Shown here: piece after piece, positions 43,215-56,276 of the stretch
Position numbering within the stretch: the stretch's first letter is position 1
How the letters are laid out: each line of letters starts with the position of its first letter
Source: an uncultured Planctomycetota bacterium
GTDB lineage: Bacteria; Planctomycetota; Planctomycetia; Isosphaerales; Isosphaeraceae
Direction: 5' to 3'
Length of the DNA: 64,000 nucleotides
Assembly: GCA_963845755.1 (NCBI GenBank)
Contig: CAWJTV010000001.1
Location: 245,862 to 309,861, forward strand
The notes under the pieces: generated by a model
What the model was told of the DNA's origin: nothing
Seen by the model: the letters and a program-made list of their open reading frames with translations, nothing else
Databases searched by the model: none
Translations under genes and position numbers: made by a program

Positions 43215-43429
43215 GGTCCGCAGACGCGTACCTTGAACCGTCCACTGCTCGATCTCTGGTTGCCTGGGCGCGGTTCTTGCCCCATCTGAGACCACGGGTG
43301 ATAATGCCCTCTGTCGATGATCGTTCCGGTGCCGCTCGCGGAGGGGAATCGCGATCTACCGACGGACCGGTCCTCACCGCGTACTGCCGCCCGCGTACTC
43401 TCAAGCGTGTTCCCACCGCGGGGGTTCTG

Positions 43430-43699
43430 ATGAAGCTCTTGCGCTGCCCTCTCAACGGACCGCGGCCGCTCCAGGAATTCGTCTTCGGGGGCGAGGTCCG
43501 CACCATGCCCGACGCCGCGACGGCAACCGACGCCGAATGGGCCGATTATGTGTTCAACCGACAGGGCGAGCCAGGTGTGCGCCGGGAGTGGTGGTATCAC
43601 CTGCCCAGTGGAACGTGGTTCATCGCCGAGCGCGACAACCTCAAGGATGAAATCCTCCGGACCTACCTCTACGAAGATCCGACTTCGGCAAACCCGTAG
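43430..43699 (+). CDS. mgdB: N-methylglutamate dehydrogenase subunit B (sarcosine oxidase delta-like)
   Basis: MKLLRCPLNGPRPLQEFVFGGE..MPD, WADYVFNR, EWWYH.PSGTWFIAERD. Confidence 0.88.
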   Translation: MKLLRCPLNGPRPLQEFVFGGEVRTMPDAATATDAEWADYVFNRQGEPGVRREWWYHLPSGTWFIAERDNLKDEILRTYLYEDPTSANP

Positions 43700-44064
43700 G
43701 TCGGGCTCTCAGCCTGTCGTCTCGTAGGTCGGGCTTCCCAGCCCAACCGGATTCTGAGCGTCTGTTCCGAAGGCGAACGGTGAATGAGGCGACCTGACCT
43801 GGAGAGTACGACCGTGGTTTTCCCGTTACGCCAACGGCGTTGCACAGCACAGCCCAGGGTCGCCGCAGGCGCACCCTGGGACACGACCGCCCGCACTCCC
43901 GCGCACCCCAACGGGGTTTCTCACGCCGCATTCCCAGGGTGCGCTGCGCGACCCTGGGCTGCGCTGTGTAACGCCGTTGGCGTACGAACCATCGGTGGTG
44001 GCGCGGTTGGTTCCCAGGGTGCGCTGCGCGACCCTGGGCTGGGTTGTGTAACGCCGTTGGCGTA
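43696..44064. repeat. REP cluster between mgdB and mgdC
   Basis: Two gtaggtcgggct units; tacgccaacggcgtt...cccagggt.g..gc.gcgcaccctggg unit with two inverted copies (43932-43984, 44011-44064). Confidence 0.85.
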
Positions 44065-44156
44065 GGGGGTTGCTCCTCTGACGCGGCGCTCTTCGAACAG
44101 ACTGTGAGTGCTGTCTGGCAGGCGGGAAAGCCCCATCTCTATCAGGACGATGCACC

Positions 44157-47096
44157 ATGACCGATCGTCTTCCCCCGCAGCCCGGCGAATGGATCGACCG
44201 GAGCCGTCAGCTCGGCTTTACCTTTGAAGGCCGGGCCTACACGGGTCTCGCCGGGGATACGGTCACCAGCGCACTCCTGGCCAACGGGGTACGCCTCCTG
44301 GGCCGAAGCTTCAAGTATCACCGCGCCAGGGGCGTCTACAGCCTGGCGAACCACGATGTCAACGCCTTGATGGAAGACCGCAAGCGAGGTCGGACCAACC
44401 TCCGCGCCGATGTCACGCCGCTGGTCGAGGGTATGGTCCTCTCGGCTGTGAACACCTTCGGCGGCCTGCGCCGGGACCGGGCACGGCTGCTCGACTGGTT
44501 CGGCCGGTTTCTGCCGGTGGGTTTCTACTACAAGACGTTTTACACACCTCGGCGCTGGTTCCCGTTCTACGAGCGTCGGATGCGCGCGCTGGCCGGCCTG
44601 GGCGCGGTCGACCCCAGACGGCCGCGGAAGTATACGCCCAAGGCGTATGACTTCTGCGACGTATTGGTCGTCGGCGCGGGGCCGTCGGGGCTCGCGGCCT
44701 CGATCGCGGCGGCCGAGGCGGGCGCCAGGGTCGTCGTCGTGGACGAGCACCCTCGACCCGGCGGCAGCTTGTTATACCAACGGGCGAATCCGCCGGACCT
44801 GCGCGCGCAGGCGACGGCACTCCTCGAGCGAGCGGCCGCGCTGCCGAACCTGGAGGTCCGCACCTCCACCGTCGCGGCCGGTGCCTACGCCGACTTCTGG
44901 ATGGCCCTCGTGGACGAGTCCCGTCTGGTGAAGTTGCGCGCCCGGAGCGTGATCATCGCCACGGGCTGTATCGAACAGCCGGCCGTCTTCGGCAATAACG
45001 ACCTGCCGGGTGTGATGCTCGCGACCGCGGCGCAGCGGCTGATCCATCTCTATGCGGTCATACCGTTCGACTGCGGCGTCGTGTTGGCCGCGAACGCCGA
45101 GGGCTACCAGGCCGCGCTCGACCTGCACCGGGCCGGTGTCTCCGTCGAGGCGGTGGTCGACCTACGTCCCGCGGGTGAACCGACCGCACTGGCCGAGGAT
45201 GTCGGCGCCGCGGGGATCTCCATCTTCGCTGGCCATGCGGTCTCCCGCGCCCTTCCCGGCGCGGGCCGAGTCGGAATCCGCGGCGTCGCGGTCGCTCCCC
45301 TGGATGAGGTGGGCCGCGCTCGGCTGGACCGGGCGTTCGAAATCGCCTGCGATGGCCTCATCATGAGTGTGGGCTGGGCGCCGGCCGACGGGCTGTTCTA
45401 CCAGGCTGGAGGGCGGATGGCCTGGTCCGAGTCGCTCCACCAATTCATCCCGCGCCCGAATCCGCGCCGCCGGGCCTATTCGCCGCGGGCCGACTCAACG
45501 GCGTGTACTCGCTCCTGGATCGGCTGGCCGACGGCCGCCGAGCCGGGCAGGCCGCCGCGGCGTACCTGGGGCTGGCCCACGGCGAGACCTCCCCGGGCCC
45601 TGCGCCGACGAACCTCGCCCCGAGCCATCCCTATCCGATCTTTCCCCACCCCACGGCCAAGAGCTTCGTCGACCTCGACGAGGACGTCCAGTATAAGGAC
45701 ATCGTCCACGCCGTTCAGGAGGGTTTCGACCACGTTGAGCTCTTGAAGCGCTACGCGACCCTGGGCATGGGCCCGACCCAGGGCAAGCTCGCCAACATCA
45801 ATACCATCCGGGTCCTGAGCCGGGTCAAGGGTCAGACCGTCCCCGAGACCGGCGTCACCACGGCCCGGCCGTTTATTCATCCGGTCCCGCTGGGGCACCT
45901 GGCCGGCCTTGGGTTTCACCCACACCGGCTGACGGCCCTGCACGCCCGCCACCTGGCCGCCGGCGCCGTGCTGATGCCCGCCGGCGATTGGCAGCGACCG
46001 GCGTATTACGCGGCGCCAGGCCGGTCGCGGGAGGCGTCGATCGCCGAGGAAGTCCTGGCCGTCCGCCGAAGCGCCGGGCTCATCGACGTGAGCACCCTCG
46101 GCAAGCTGGAGATCAGCGGCCCGGACGCCGGGGCGTTCCTCGAGCGCGCGTACACGGGCCGGTTCGCCTCGATGCCGATCGGCACGATGCGCTACGGCTT
46201 GATGTGCGACGAGTCCGGCACGATCGTCGATGACGGCGTCGTGGCCCGCCTGGCCGAGGACCGCTACTACGTCACGACCACCACGACCGGCTCCGGCCCC
46301 GTCTACCGCGAGCTCCAGCGCTGGGCGATCCTCTGGGGCCTGCGGGTCGTCTTGACCAACGCAACCGGCCACCTCGCGGCGATCAACCTCGCCGGCCCGA
46401 AGGCCCGCGAGCTGCTGCGACCCCTTTGCGAGCCGGACCTGGACCTGGACGAGCCCGCGTTCCCGTATCTGGGCGTGCGCCGCCGGGCGCGTGCTGGGAT
46501 TCCACGCCCGGCTCCTGCGAGTGGGCTTCGTCGGCGAGCTCGGCTATGAGATCCACCTCCCGTCGTACTCGGCTGGCCTGATCTGGGACAAACTCCTCGA
46601 GGCCGGCCGGGCGCATCACGTCCGTCCCTTCGGCGTTGAGGCCCAGCGCGTGCTGCGGCTCGAGAAAGGCCATGTGATCATCGGCCAGGACACCGACGGT
46701 CTGACTCATCCGCGCGAGGCCGGCCTGGAGTGGGCCGTGAAGATGAACAAGACGTTCTTTGTCGGTCAGCGCAGCCTGGCGATCCTCGCGCGCAAACCGC
46801 TCCAGCGACGGCTGGTCGGTTTCATCGGCCCCTCCACACGGGACCAGGGGAGGATCGAGGAATGCCACCTGATCATCGACCAGGGACAGATGATCGGCCG
46901 GGTCACTTCGGTCTCTTACAGTCCGGTCCTGGAGCGGGTGATCGGCCTGGCCTTCATCGCCACCGAGCGTGCCACGCCGGGGGCTAAGTTTCAGATCCGC
47001 CTGGACGACGGCCATTTGATCGCCGCAACCATTGCCGAGGTCCCGTTCTACGACCCCAAGAACCAACGTCAGACCCAGCCAGAGACCACGACCTGA
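44157..47096 (+). CDS. mgdC: N-methylglutamate dehydrogenase subunit C (sarcosine oxidase alpha-like), frameshifts near 45460 and 46480
   Basis: GDTVTSALLANG, GRSFKYHR.RG, VVGAGPSGL, KRYATLGMGPTQGK, IDVSTLGK, FVGELGYEIH, LRLEKGH, FYDP across three ORFs. Confidence 0.85.
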
Positions 47097-47827
47097 TGAC
47101 CCCAATGCCAGAACCTCCCGCCCGCTCGAGCCCGGTCCACGACCTCCTCGACCATCTTCACCCCCGATGGGGCGCTGTCAACGGCATGCCCGTGGCGCTG
47201 GGCTTCGGAGGCCGGACCATCGCGCAGGAGCAGGGCGTGGCACGGACCCTGGGTCTCTGCGACGTCAGCGCCCTGCCCCGCCTGGTGATCAAGGGCCCGG
47301 GTGCCGAGTCCTTTCTCAGGGCGCACGAGGTCGCGCACGCCCTTCCCGCGGACGTCTGCCGAGTCCTGCCTTGGAGGTCCGGGGGGGTGATTGCCCGCAC
47401 CGGCCGTGCCGAGTTCTTTCTCGAAGACGTGCCTCGTGACGGCGGGCCGCCGGACGTCGTCGAGCGGCTCACCGAGTCCTTGCTGAGGTCTCCACCGCCT
47501 GGTGTCTATCCGGCGCTGCGGCAGGACGCATCGTTCCTACTCAGCGGCGATCGTGCCCCAGCCCTGTTCGCCCAGACGTGCGGCTACGACTTTCGCCAGG
47601 TCGATGCCAGGCCGAATCCCGGTCCCGACCCGACGATGCTGCTGGTCATGACTCGTGTCGCGGGAGTGTCAACCTGGGTCCTGCATCGTGCCATCAACGA
47701 GCGCAGTGCTTACCAACTCTGGGTGGATGGGACCTATGGCCCGTACCTCTGGGAGATCCTGCTGAAGCTCGCGCGTGAGCTCGGCGGCGACGCCGTGGGC
47801 CTGTCGGTGTTCTTCCCCGAAGTGTAG
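47096..47827 (+). CDS. mgdD: N-methylglutamate dehydrogenase subunit D (sarcosine oxidase gamma-like)
   Basis: LCDVSALPRLVIKGPGA, RQDASFLLSG, QTCGYDF, YGPYLWEIL...ELGG; TGATG coupling to mgdC. Confidence 0.82.
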   Translation: MTPMPEPPARSSPVHDLLDHLHPRWGAVNGMPVALGFGGRTIAQEQGVARTLGLCDVSALPRLVIKGPGAESFLRAHEVAHALPADVCRVLPWRSGGVIARTGRAEFFLEDVPRDGGPPDVVERLTESLLRSPPPGVYPALRQDASFLLSGDRAPALFAQTCGYDFRQVDARPNPGPDPTMLLVMTRVAGVSTWVLHRAINERSAYQLWVDGTYGPYLWEILLKLARELGGDAVGLSVFFPEV

Positions 47828-48168
47828 GTGGGCCTGGTCGAAACGCGCGCGAAGTTGTCGATGGGATCGGCAACGCGTGCCATCGTGCTACGTCGAGCTT
47901 TTCGGAGGATCGGAGGTGGAACCGGGGGACTTCATTGCCCCGGCACCAACGTTCCGCATCCCTCACAATACTAGGTGGGCACTGATCGTCGGTGACCCGG
48001 CGATCCTCGTTTCGGCCTTGACCGCTTCCGCGTTTGCACGACAATCCCGGCTGAAGGACCGTGAAGACCGCGGCCGGTCTCGAACGAAGCGGTCCTTCCG
48101 CACAGGAGCGTGCGCCAGCGGCCGGTTGCTCGGGAAGAATCGGCGGCCCCGATCGGGACCAATCAAGG

Positions 48169-50118
48169 ATGATGGAAGCGAAGTATACCGCAACGGCGGC
48201 AACTCGGACGACGCCCGCGCGTCGAACGGGGCCCTGGCGGGCTCCGTCGCGGTTGTTGTTGCGTGCGGGCCTTGTCGGATTGGGGATCCTCGGTTGCGCG
48301 CTATGGGCGATCGCCTGGTATCGCGAGGCTCCCAAGGTCGAGCCGCCGTTCGAGCGGATCGTGGGGCCGGTAGCGGGACCAGTCACGGTATTCGCGCTGA
48401 GGGACCTTGATGGCGGGATGCACACGTCGGCGGAGTGGGCCGGCCATCGGGCGATTGTCCTCTTCACGATCTCCCCGGAGTGCCCAATCTCGCAGGCGTA
48501 TCTGCCCGAGTTGGCGCGACTCGCGCGCGAATACGGTCCCCGAGGAATCGCGTTCTTCGGAATCGATTCGGGAGCCGCAGCGAGCTCGGGCTCATCTCCA
48601 TGGCGGACGTCGGGGTGGGACCTTCCCTTCCCGATCCTGCTCGACCCGACGCAGACGGTGGCCCGCCAGGCGGACCTCCGGGTCACGCCCGAGGCGGTCG
48701 TCCTGCTTCCTGACGGACAGGTGCTCTACCGCGGCCGGATCGACGATCGTTCTGCGGAGACACAAGGATCTCAGGAGCCGCGGGCACACGAACTGAAGGA
48801 TGCACTCGACGCAATCCTGGCCGACGAGCTGCCGGTCGTCACCACTACGATCGCCCTGGGGACGCGACTCATCCCGAGTTCTCCGAGTGCCGACTCCGTC
48901 GAGACAATCACCTTCAACAAGCACGTCGCGCCGATCCTCTGGAAGAACTGTGCGAAGTGCCACCGCCCCGGCGAGGTTGGGCCATTCTCCTTGCTCACCT
49001 ACCGGGACGCGGCCAAACGCGCCAGCTTCATCCGCGAGGTGACCGAGGCCGGCCAGATGCCGCCGTGGAAGGCGCGACCCGGGCGCCGGGGTGTTCATCG
49101 ACGCCCCACGTCTGTCCGCGATCGAGAAGGAGACCCTCGCCCGATGGGCCGAGACCGGCTGCGAGCAAGGCGACCCGGCCGACCTGCCTCCGCCGCCGAG
49201 GTTCTCCGACAATTGGTCGCTCGGCCAGCCCGACCTGGTGCTGACGATGCCCGAGCCCCTGGAGCTTGCGCCGAAGGAGACGACCTCTATCGGGCCTTCG
49301 CCATCCCCTTCCCGCTGGATCGCGACGTGACGATCCGCGGCATCGAGTTTCGCCCCGGCGATCGCCGGATCGTCCACCACAGCCGCATCCATCTCGACAC
49401 GACCGGCGACGCGCGCCGACGCGATCGGACCGATCCCGGTCCCGGCTTCTCGGCATGGGTCCGGAAGGTCAGCTTCGAGCTCCCCTATCCCGGCCTAGGC
49501 GGCTGGACACCCGGCCTGACGCCTCGCTTCGCTCCCGAAGGGGCCGGCCGGGTCATCCCGCGCGACTCCGACATCGTCTTTCAGATCCACTATCATCGCA
49601 GCGGGAAGGTCGAGAGAGACCAATCGAGCGTGGGACTCTACTTCGCCGAAGGGCCCGTGACCCGGAAGTTGACCGGCCTCACGCTCTCCACCGATCGGAT
49701 CGATATCCCCGCCGGCGCGAAGCGTCATACGATTATCCAGTCCGCGCGGCTCAGGACCGACGTCCATCTCTACACCGTCGTGCCCCATGCCCATTACCTC
49801 TGTCGCGAGTTCCGCCTGGCCGCTACCCTGCCCGATGGCCGCTGTCAGCCCTTGCTCTGGATCGAAGACTGGAATATCGACTGGCAGGACCAGTACCGCT
49901 TCGCCATGCCTGTCCGGCTGCCCAAGGGAACCATCGTGACCCTGGCGGCCTACTTCGACAACTCCGAAGACAACCCGCGCAATCCCAACAAGCCTCCGCA
50001 GCGCGTCCGTTATGGCGTGGGCACCAAGGACGAGATGTGTGCCTGCCACCTCGAGATCCTCCCCGACGATCCGAGCGGCTATGATGCCTATCCGAACAAG
50101 TCCCCGTTCGGCCTCTGA
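48169..50118 (+). CDS. Redoxin domain + CxxCH + copper monooxygenase-like domain protein (compensating frameshifts ~49085-49270)
   Basis: ECPIS, TPEAVV, YRGRIDD, CAKCH, MPPW, IVHH, QIHYH, PHAH, DEMC. Confidence 0.75.
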   Translation: MMEAKYTATAATRTTPARRTGPWRAPSRLLLRAGLVGLGILGCALWAIAWYREAPKVEPPFERIVGPVAGPVTVFALRDLDGGMHTSAEWAGHRAIVLFTISPECPISQAYLPELARLAREYGPRGIAFFGIDSGAAASSGSSPWRTSGWDLPFPILLDPTQTVARQADLRVTPEAVVLLPDGQVLYRGRIDDRSAETQGSQEPRAHELKDALDAILADELPVVTTTIALGTRLIPSSPSADSVETITFNKHVAPILWKNCAKCHRPGEVGPFSLLTYRDAAKRASFIREVTEAGQMPPWKARPGRRGVHRRPTSVRDREGDPRPMGRDRLRARRPGRPASAAEVLRQLVARPARPGADDARAPGACAEGDDLYRAFAIPFPLDRDVTIRGIEFRPGDRRIVHHSRIHLDTTGDARRRDRTDPGPGFSAWVRKVSFELPYPGLGGWTPGLTPRFAPEGAGRVIPRDSDIVFQIHYHRSGKVERDQSSVGLYFAEGPVTRKLTGLTLSTDRIDIPAGAKRHTIIQSARLRTDVHLYTVVPHAHYLCREFRLAATLPDGRCQPLLWIEDWNIDWQDQYRFAMPVRLPKGTIVTLAAYFDNSEDNPRNPNKPPQRVRYGVGTKDEMCACHLEILPDDPSGYDAYPNKSPFGL

Positions 50119-50297
50119 GCGGCGAACGTGAGCGGGAATCCGCTCGTGATCGCAGTGAGCTCGCTCGGTCCGGTCGCGGGAGGAAACCGCCGTGAGAGGC
50201 GGCTCGGTTCCTGACCTCCGTCGTCGTCCCTGGTACAATCGCTACGGGTTCCCTGCGAACCGGTCGCGTGGGCAGGACGGTCGGGAGATCCGGATCG

Positions 50298-53200
50298 ATG
50301 AACCGCATCCTACGTCATGGAGCACGATCGCAAGGTCGGTTCGCCATCGTCTTGCTGGCGATCGTCTGGGCATTCCCCGGGATTGCCGCCAGTCCGGACG
50401 ACCCCGCCGCAGCCGAGTTCTTCGAGACGGAGATCCGTCCGCTCCTGGTCGAGAAATGCCAGAAGTGTCACGGGGGGAGCAAGCCGCGCGGCGGGCTGAG
50501 TCTGGTCGGGCGCACCCAGGTGCTCCAGGGCGGTGACAGTGGGCCGGCCGCCGTGCCCGGCAAGGCCCGGGAGAGTCTGATCGTCGAGGCGGTCGAGCAG
50601 CGCGGCGAGCGGAAGATGCCGCCGAAAGGGAAGCTGTCCGACAGCGAGATCGACCGCCTGAAACGGTGGATCGACCGCGGCCTGCCCTGGCCCGAGTCGC
50701 ACGGTGAATCCTCCCTCAATCGCCGAGGCGCCCCGCCCGTCCGCGAGGCTACGCAAACCTGGTGGGCGTTTCAGCCCGTGAAAGCGGCGGCTCCTCCCGA
50801 TGTCAGGAACACGGTGTGGCCGCGATCGGAGATCGACCGGTTCATCCTGGCCGGGCTCGAGGCCCGAGGCATCGCGCCAGCCCGGCCGGCCGATCGTTAC
50901 ACGCTGCTGCGTCGGGCGACGTTCGACCTCATCGGACTGCCGCCGACACCCAAGGAGCTCGACGACTTCCTCGCCGACCGGTCGCCGGATGCCTTCGCCC
51001 GGGTCGTGGATCGGCTGCTCGCCTCGCCGAGTTATGGCCAGCGCTGGGGCCGGCACTGGCTCGATGTGGTCCGCTACGCCGACGCCCGCGACCTGATCCA
51101 GTTGCCCGCGGAGAGCGACTTCCGCGAAGCCTGGCGCTATCGGGATTGGGTCGTCTCGGCATTCAATCGCGACCTGCCCTATGCGGAGTTCGTCCGCTAT
51201 CAACTCGCCGGCGACCTGTTACCACCGACCCGGCCCGGCGGCATCAACGCAGAGGGGCTCGTCGCCACCGGCCTGCTGGCCATCGCGGACTTCGTGCCCG
51301 GCGACGTGGACAAGGACCAGATGATCGCCGACTACGTCAACGACGAGATCGACGTCGTCGGCCAGACGTTCCTCGGGCTGAGCCTCGCCTGCGCCCGCTG
51401 CCACGACCACAAGTTCGACCCGATCTCCACCGAGGACTATTACGCGCTGGCCGGAATCTTCTTCAGCACCAGCCTGATCCCCGGCACCGTGCCGGGCAAC
51501 ACCCCACTGGTCCGCGTACCGCTCCTGCCGCCGGACGAGCTGGCGAGGCTCCAGGCGCGCGATGCCGCCGACGCTCGCCGTCGCGCCGAGCTGGAGCAGC
51601 AAGTGCCCGACTCGGTCAACCGTGCGTACATCGCCCATCTGAAGCGACTCATCAGCGGACAGACCGCGCGGTACCTCGTGGCGGCCTGCGAATACCGGAA
51701 CCGCCAAACGGACTCGGCAAAAGCTCCCCTGGGCGAACCGGCGCGCCGGCACGGGCTGCACGAGGGTCTGCTGGCCGCCTGGGTCGATTATCTCAGCAGG
51801 GTCGCGGAGCAAACGACGGCTGGCCGTCATCCGACCCTGCGCGACGCGGCGACGGGGAAACGGGTCGGGCCGGCTCTCAACCAGTCCGCGGCGGAGCTTC
51901 AGCAGGCGCTGGCCGCCCTCGCCACGCGGCGGGAGACCGAGTCGGCCGCGCCGTCGGAAGACGGGAGCCTGGCTCGTGACTGCGTGCTCCGCTTTCGGGC
52001 CGACGATCCGTATCTGCTCACCGATTCCGAGTCGCGGGCCCGGCTCTGGCCGAATCGTTCCGGCCTGCCGGCAGATGCCAGGCCGGTGGGTTCTGGTAAA
52101 GGCCCCCTCAAGACAACGGCCGCGATCGGCGGTCAGACCAAGGACGTGCTGCGATTTGACGGCCAGGCCCTGCTCGAAGCGCCGCGCCTCGTTCCCTCGA
52201 TCGGGAGCCTGTTCGTCGTCTTCCAGTCCGCGAAGACAGCAACGGGCGGGCAACGCCTGCTGGGCTGGGAAGACTCCGACGTCGGGAAGCACGGCCTGAG
52301 CCTGATGCCGGAACCGGGAGGCGCCTTGCGAGCGATCCTGCGAAACCACGGTCAGGCGGGAGACCTGGTCGATTCACGAGCAGAGTCGGGCTTCGAGATT
52401 GTCTGTGTCACCTGGGGTCCGAACGGCACGACGTTGCACCGCAATGGGGTCGCGGCCGGTTCGAGCAAGGGCATCGTCGCCGTGTCCTCCGACCCGGGCA
52501 TCACGGCGCTGCATCTGGGTGGACCGGGCTCCGGGAGCAGTCCTCGGTTTCGCGGAGATGTCGCGGAGATCCGCGTGTATCAACGCCAACTGGACGATGC
52601 CGCGCGCCAGCGGGTGGAGACCGACCTGCACCGGACCTGGTTCGAGGCGATCAACGCGACCGCGTTACCACGGGACCCAATCGCCGAGCTGTACGACGAG
52701 CTGCTGTCGGCCCGGGGACCGTTCTGGTTGCCGGCGGATGCACGCAAGGCACTGCTACCCCTCGAGGACCGATCGCGTCTGGCCAACCTGGGGCATGAGC
52801 TGGACGTGCTCAAGAGCAAGGCTCCGCTCGAGGTCCCGCAAGCGGTTGTCGTGCGAGAGGGCGGCCCCAAGGGCACGCGCCACGAGGGCTTCAAGGATGC
52901 CCCGGTCTTCCTGCGCGGGAATCACAAGAGACTCGGCAAGTCGGTGCCGAGAGGCTTTCCCAGGGTCCTGACGGGCGGACGCCCCACGCGCATCACCGAA
53001 GGCAGCGGCCGCCGGCAACTGGCCGACTGGCTGACACGCCCCGATCATCCCCTGACGGCGCGCGTCATGGTCAATCGGATCTGGCAGCATCACTTCGGCG
53101 AGGGCCTGGTCCGCACTGCCAACGATTTTGGCCGGCGCGGCGATCCGCCGTCGCACCCGGAATTGCTCGATTATCTGGCCCGCGGTTCGTCGAGTCGGGC

Positions 53201-53803
53201 TGGTCCGCGAAGGCGACGCACCGGCTGATCATGCTGTCGACGACCTACCAGCAGAGCAGTCAAGGCGATGCCGAGGGAGTTGCCGGTGACCCGGAAAACC
53301 GCCTGTTCGGTCGGACGAACCGCCGTCGGCTCGATGCGGAAGCCATCCGCGACGGCCTACTCGCCGTGGCCGGCCGGCTCGACGCCCGCGCGGAGGGCCC
53401 GCCTTCGCCGAGCTCACCGTGCCCCGTCGGACCTTGTACCTGATGTCGGTTCGCACCGGACCGAGCGCGTCCGACTTCGGCCGCCTGTTCGATCGCGCCG
53501 ACCCCGGCTCGATCGTCGCCCGGCGCGGCCAGTCGATCGTGGCCCCGCAGGCCCTCTTCTTCCTCAACGACCCTTTCGTGAGCGATCTGGCCCGGTCCCT
53601 GGCCGCGCGGGTGGGTCGCGAGGAACCGGGTGACGTCGACGCGCCGCGTCCGGCGCCTCTACCTCCTCGCCCTGGGCCGGCCGCCGTCCGGTCCCGAGAT
53701 CGAACTCGGTCGAAACCTACTGACGCCCGACCCGGACGTTAACCCGTGGGAACGCTATTGCCAGATTATCCTGAGCAGCAACGAGTTTATTTATATTGAT
53801 TAA
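50298..53803 (+). CDS. Planctomycete cytochrome c / DUF1549 / DUF1553 (PSD1) protein with inserted LamG-like domain; several 3' frameshifts
   Basis: CQKCH, WWAFQP, YGQRWGRHWLDVVRYAD, CARCHDHKFDPI, TARVMVNRIWQHHFG, terminal NEFIYID*. Confidence 0.88.
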
Positions 53804-53811
53804 TTGTATTT

Positions 53812-53877
53812 GTAGGGTGCTCTGTGAGCACCGATCCCGGGTATTCCGCCAAACCCGGTGCTTGCAGAGCACCGTAC
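53812..53877. repeat. GTAG-type REP doublet
   Basis: gtagggtgctctgtgagcacc ... ggtgcttgcagagcaccgtac. Confidence 0.75.
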
Positions 53878-53890
53878 GAGAGAGGGCAGC

Positions 53891-55294
<1,404 letters not shown>

Positions 55295-55404
55295 GCCCTC
55301 GTGCGCGGGTGCCCCTCGCCTCGTGAGATCTGATCGGATAATCTCTGTGAGTGGCAGACGAACAGGCCCCGTACTGAGGGTGAGACGTTGACAAGGAGGA
55401 TTCG

Positions 55405-56160
55405 ATGACGATCACCGTATCACCCGTACCGTTGGAGCAGGTTGTGCCTCTGCGGGAACTGTACCGGCAGGAGATGAACTGCCAGATCATCCACGACTCC
55501 CTGCCCAGGAGGGGCTTCGGCAATCTGTTCCTGCTCCTACTGAATGGGCGGGTCGCGGGATATGGATTCGTGATGGGCTATCACCTCGAACCGAAGGACA
55601 TGATTCAGGAATTCTACGTCTTGCCCGCCCTGCGCGGCTCGGCGCTCTCGATATTCCGGCAACTGATCGAGGTGAGCGGGGCGCGGCGCATCGAAGCCCA
55701 GAGCAACGACGTCCTCCTCACGCTCATGCTCTACGACTGCGCCACCGAGATTACGAGCGACAGGATCCTATTTCACGACGCCCTGACCACGAGCCTCACC
55801 GTGCCCGGCGCCACGGTTCGCGACGTCACGGCCGCCGACAAGGAAAGGATCTTCGAGCACAAGGTCGAAGGCGTGGGCGATTGGTTGATCGAACACGACG
55901 GCGCCCTGGTCGCGACCGGCGGCATCGCCCTCCATTACAACCCGCCGTACGGCGACATTTTCATGGAAGTCGGCGAACCTTTCCGCCGGCGGGGGTACGG
56001 CAGTTACCTGGTCCAGGAGTTGAAGCGGATCTGCTACGAGATGGGTCGCAGACCGGCAGCACGCTGCAACGCCACGAACGCGGCCTCCCGGGCAACCGTG
56101 CAGAAGGCGGGGCTCTTGCCATGCGCCCGGATGTTGAGCGGTGTCCTGACGCCTCGTTGA
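55405..56160 (+). CDS. GNAT family N-acetyltransferase
   Basis: EPFRRRGYGSYLV and NAASRATVQKAG. Confidence 0.85.
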   Translation: MTITVSPVPLEQVVPLRELYRQEMNCQIIHDSLPRRGFGNLFLLLLNGRVAGYGFVMGYHLEPKDMIQEFYVLPALRGSALSIFRQLIEVSGARRIEAQSNDVLLTLMLYDCATEITSDRILFHDALTTSLTVPGATVRDVTAADKERIFEHKVEGVGDWLIEHDGALVATGGIALHYNPPYGDIFMEVGEPFRRRGYGSYLVQELKRICYEMGRRPAARCNATNAASRATVQKAGLLPCARMLSGVLTPR

Positions 56161-56276
56161 GGAAGCCGTGTTCTCGTTCCGTTGAGTCGCTCTTTGGGAC
56201 CGCATGGAGATCGGCCGGGGTGTGCACTTCAGCGTCGGAGCACAGACCGACCGGCCGAATTCGTACCGTTGAGACA

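Noticed and set aside
33520..43430. Classical integron or prophage
   Set aside because: No tyrosine integrase, no recognisable attC (RYYYAAC...GTTRRRY) sites and no phage genes.
43696..44064. Possible CRISPR array
   Set aside because: Units are inverted and palindromic with irregular spacing, and no cas genes are present; fits REP elements.
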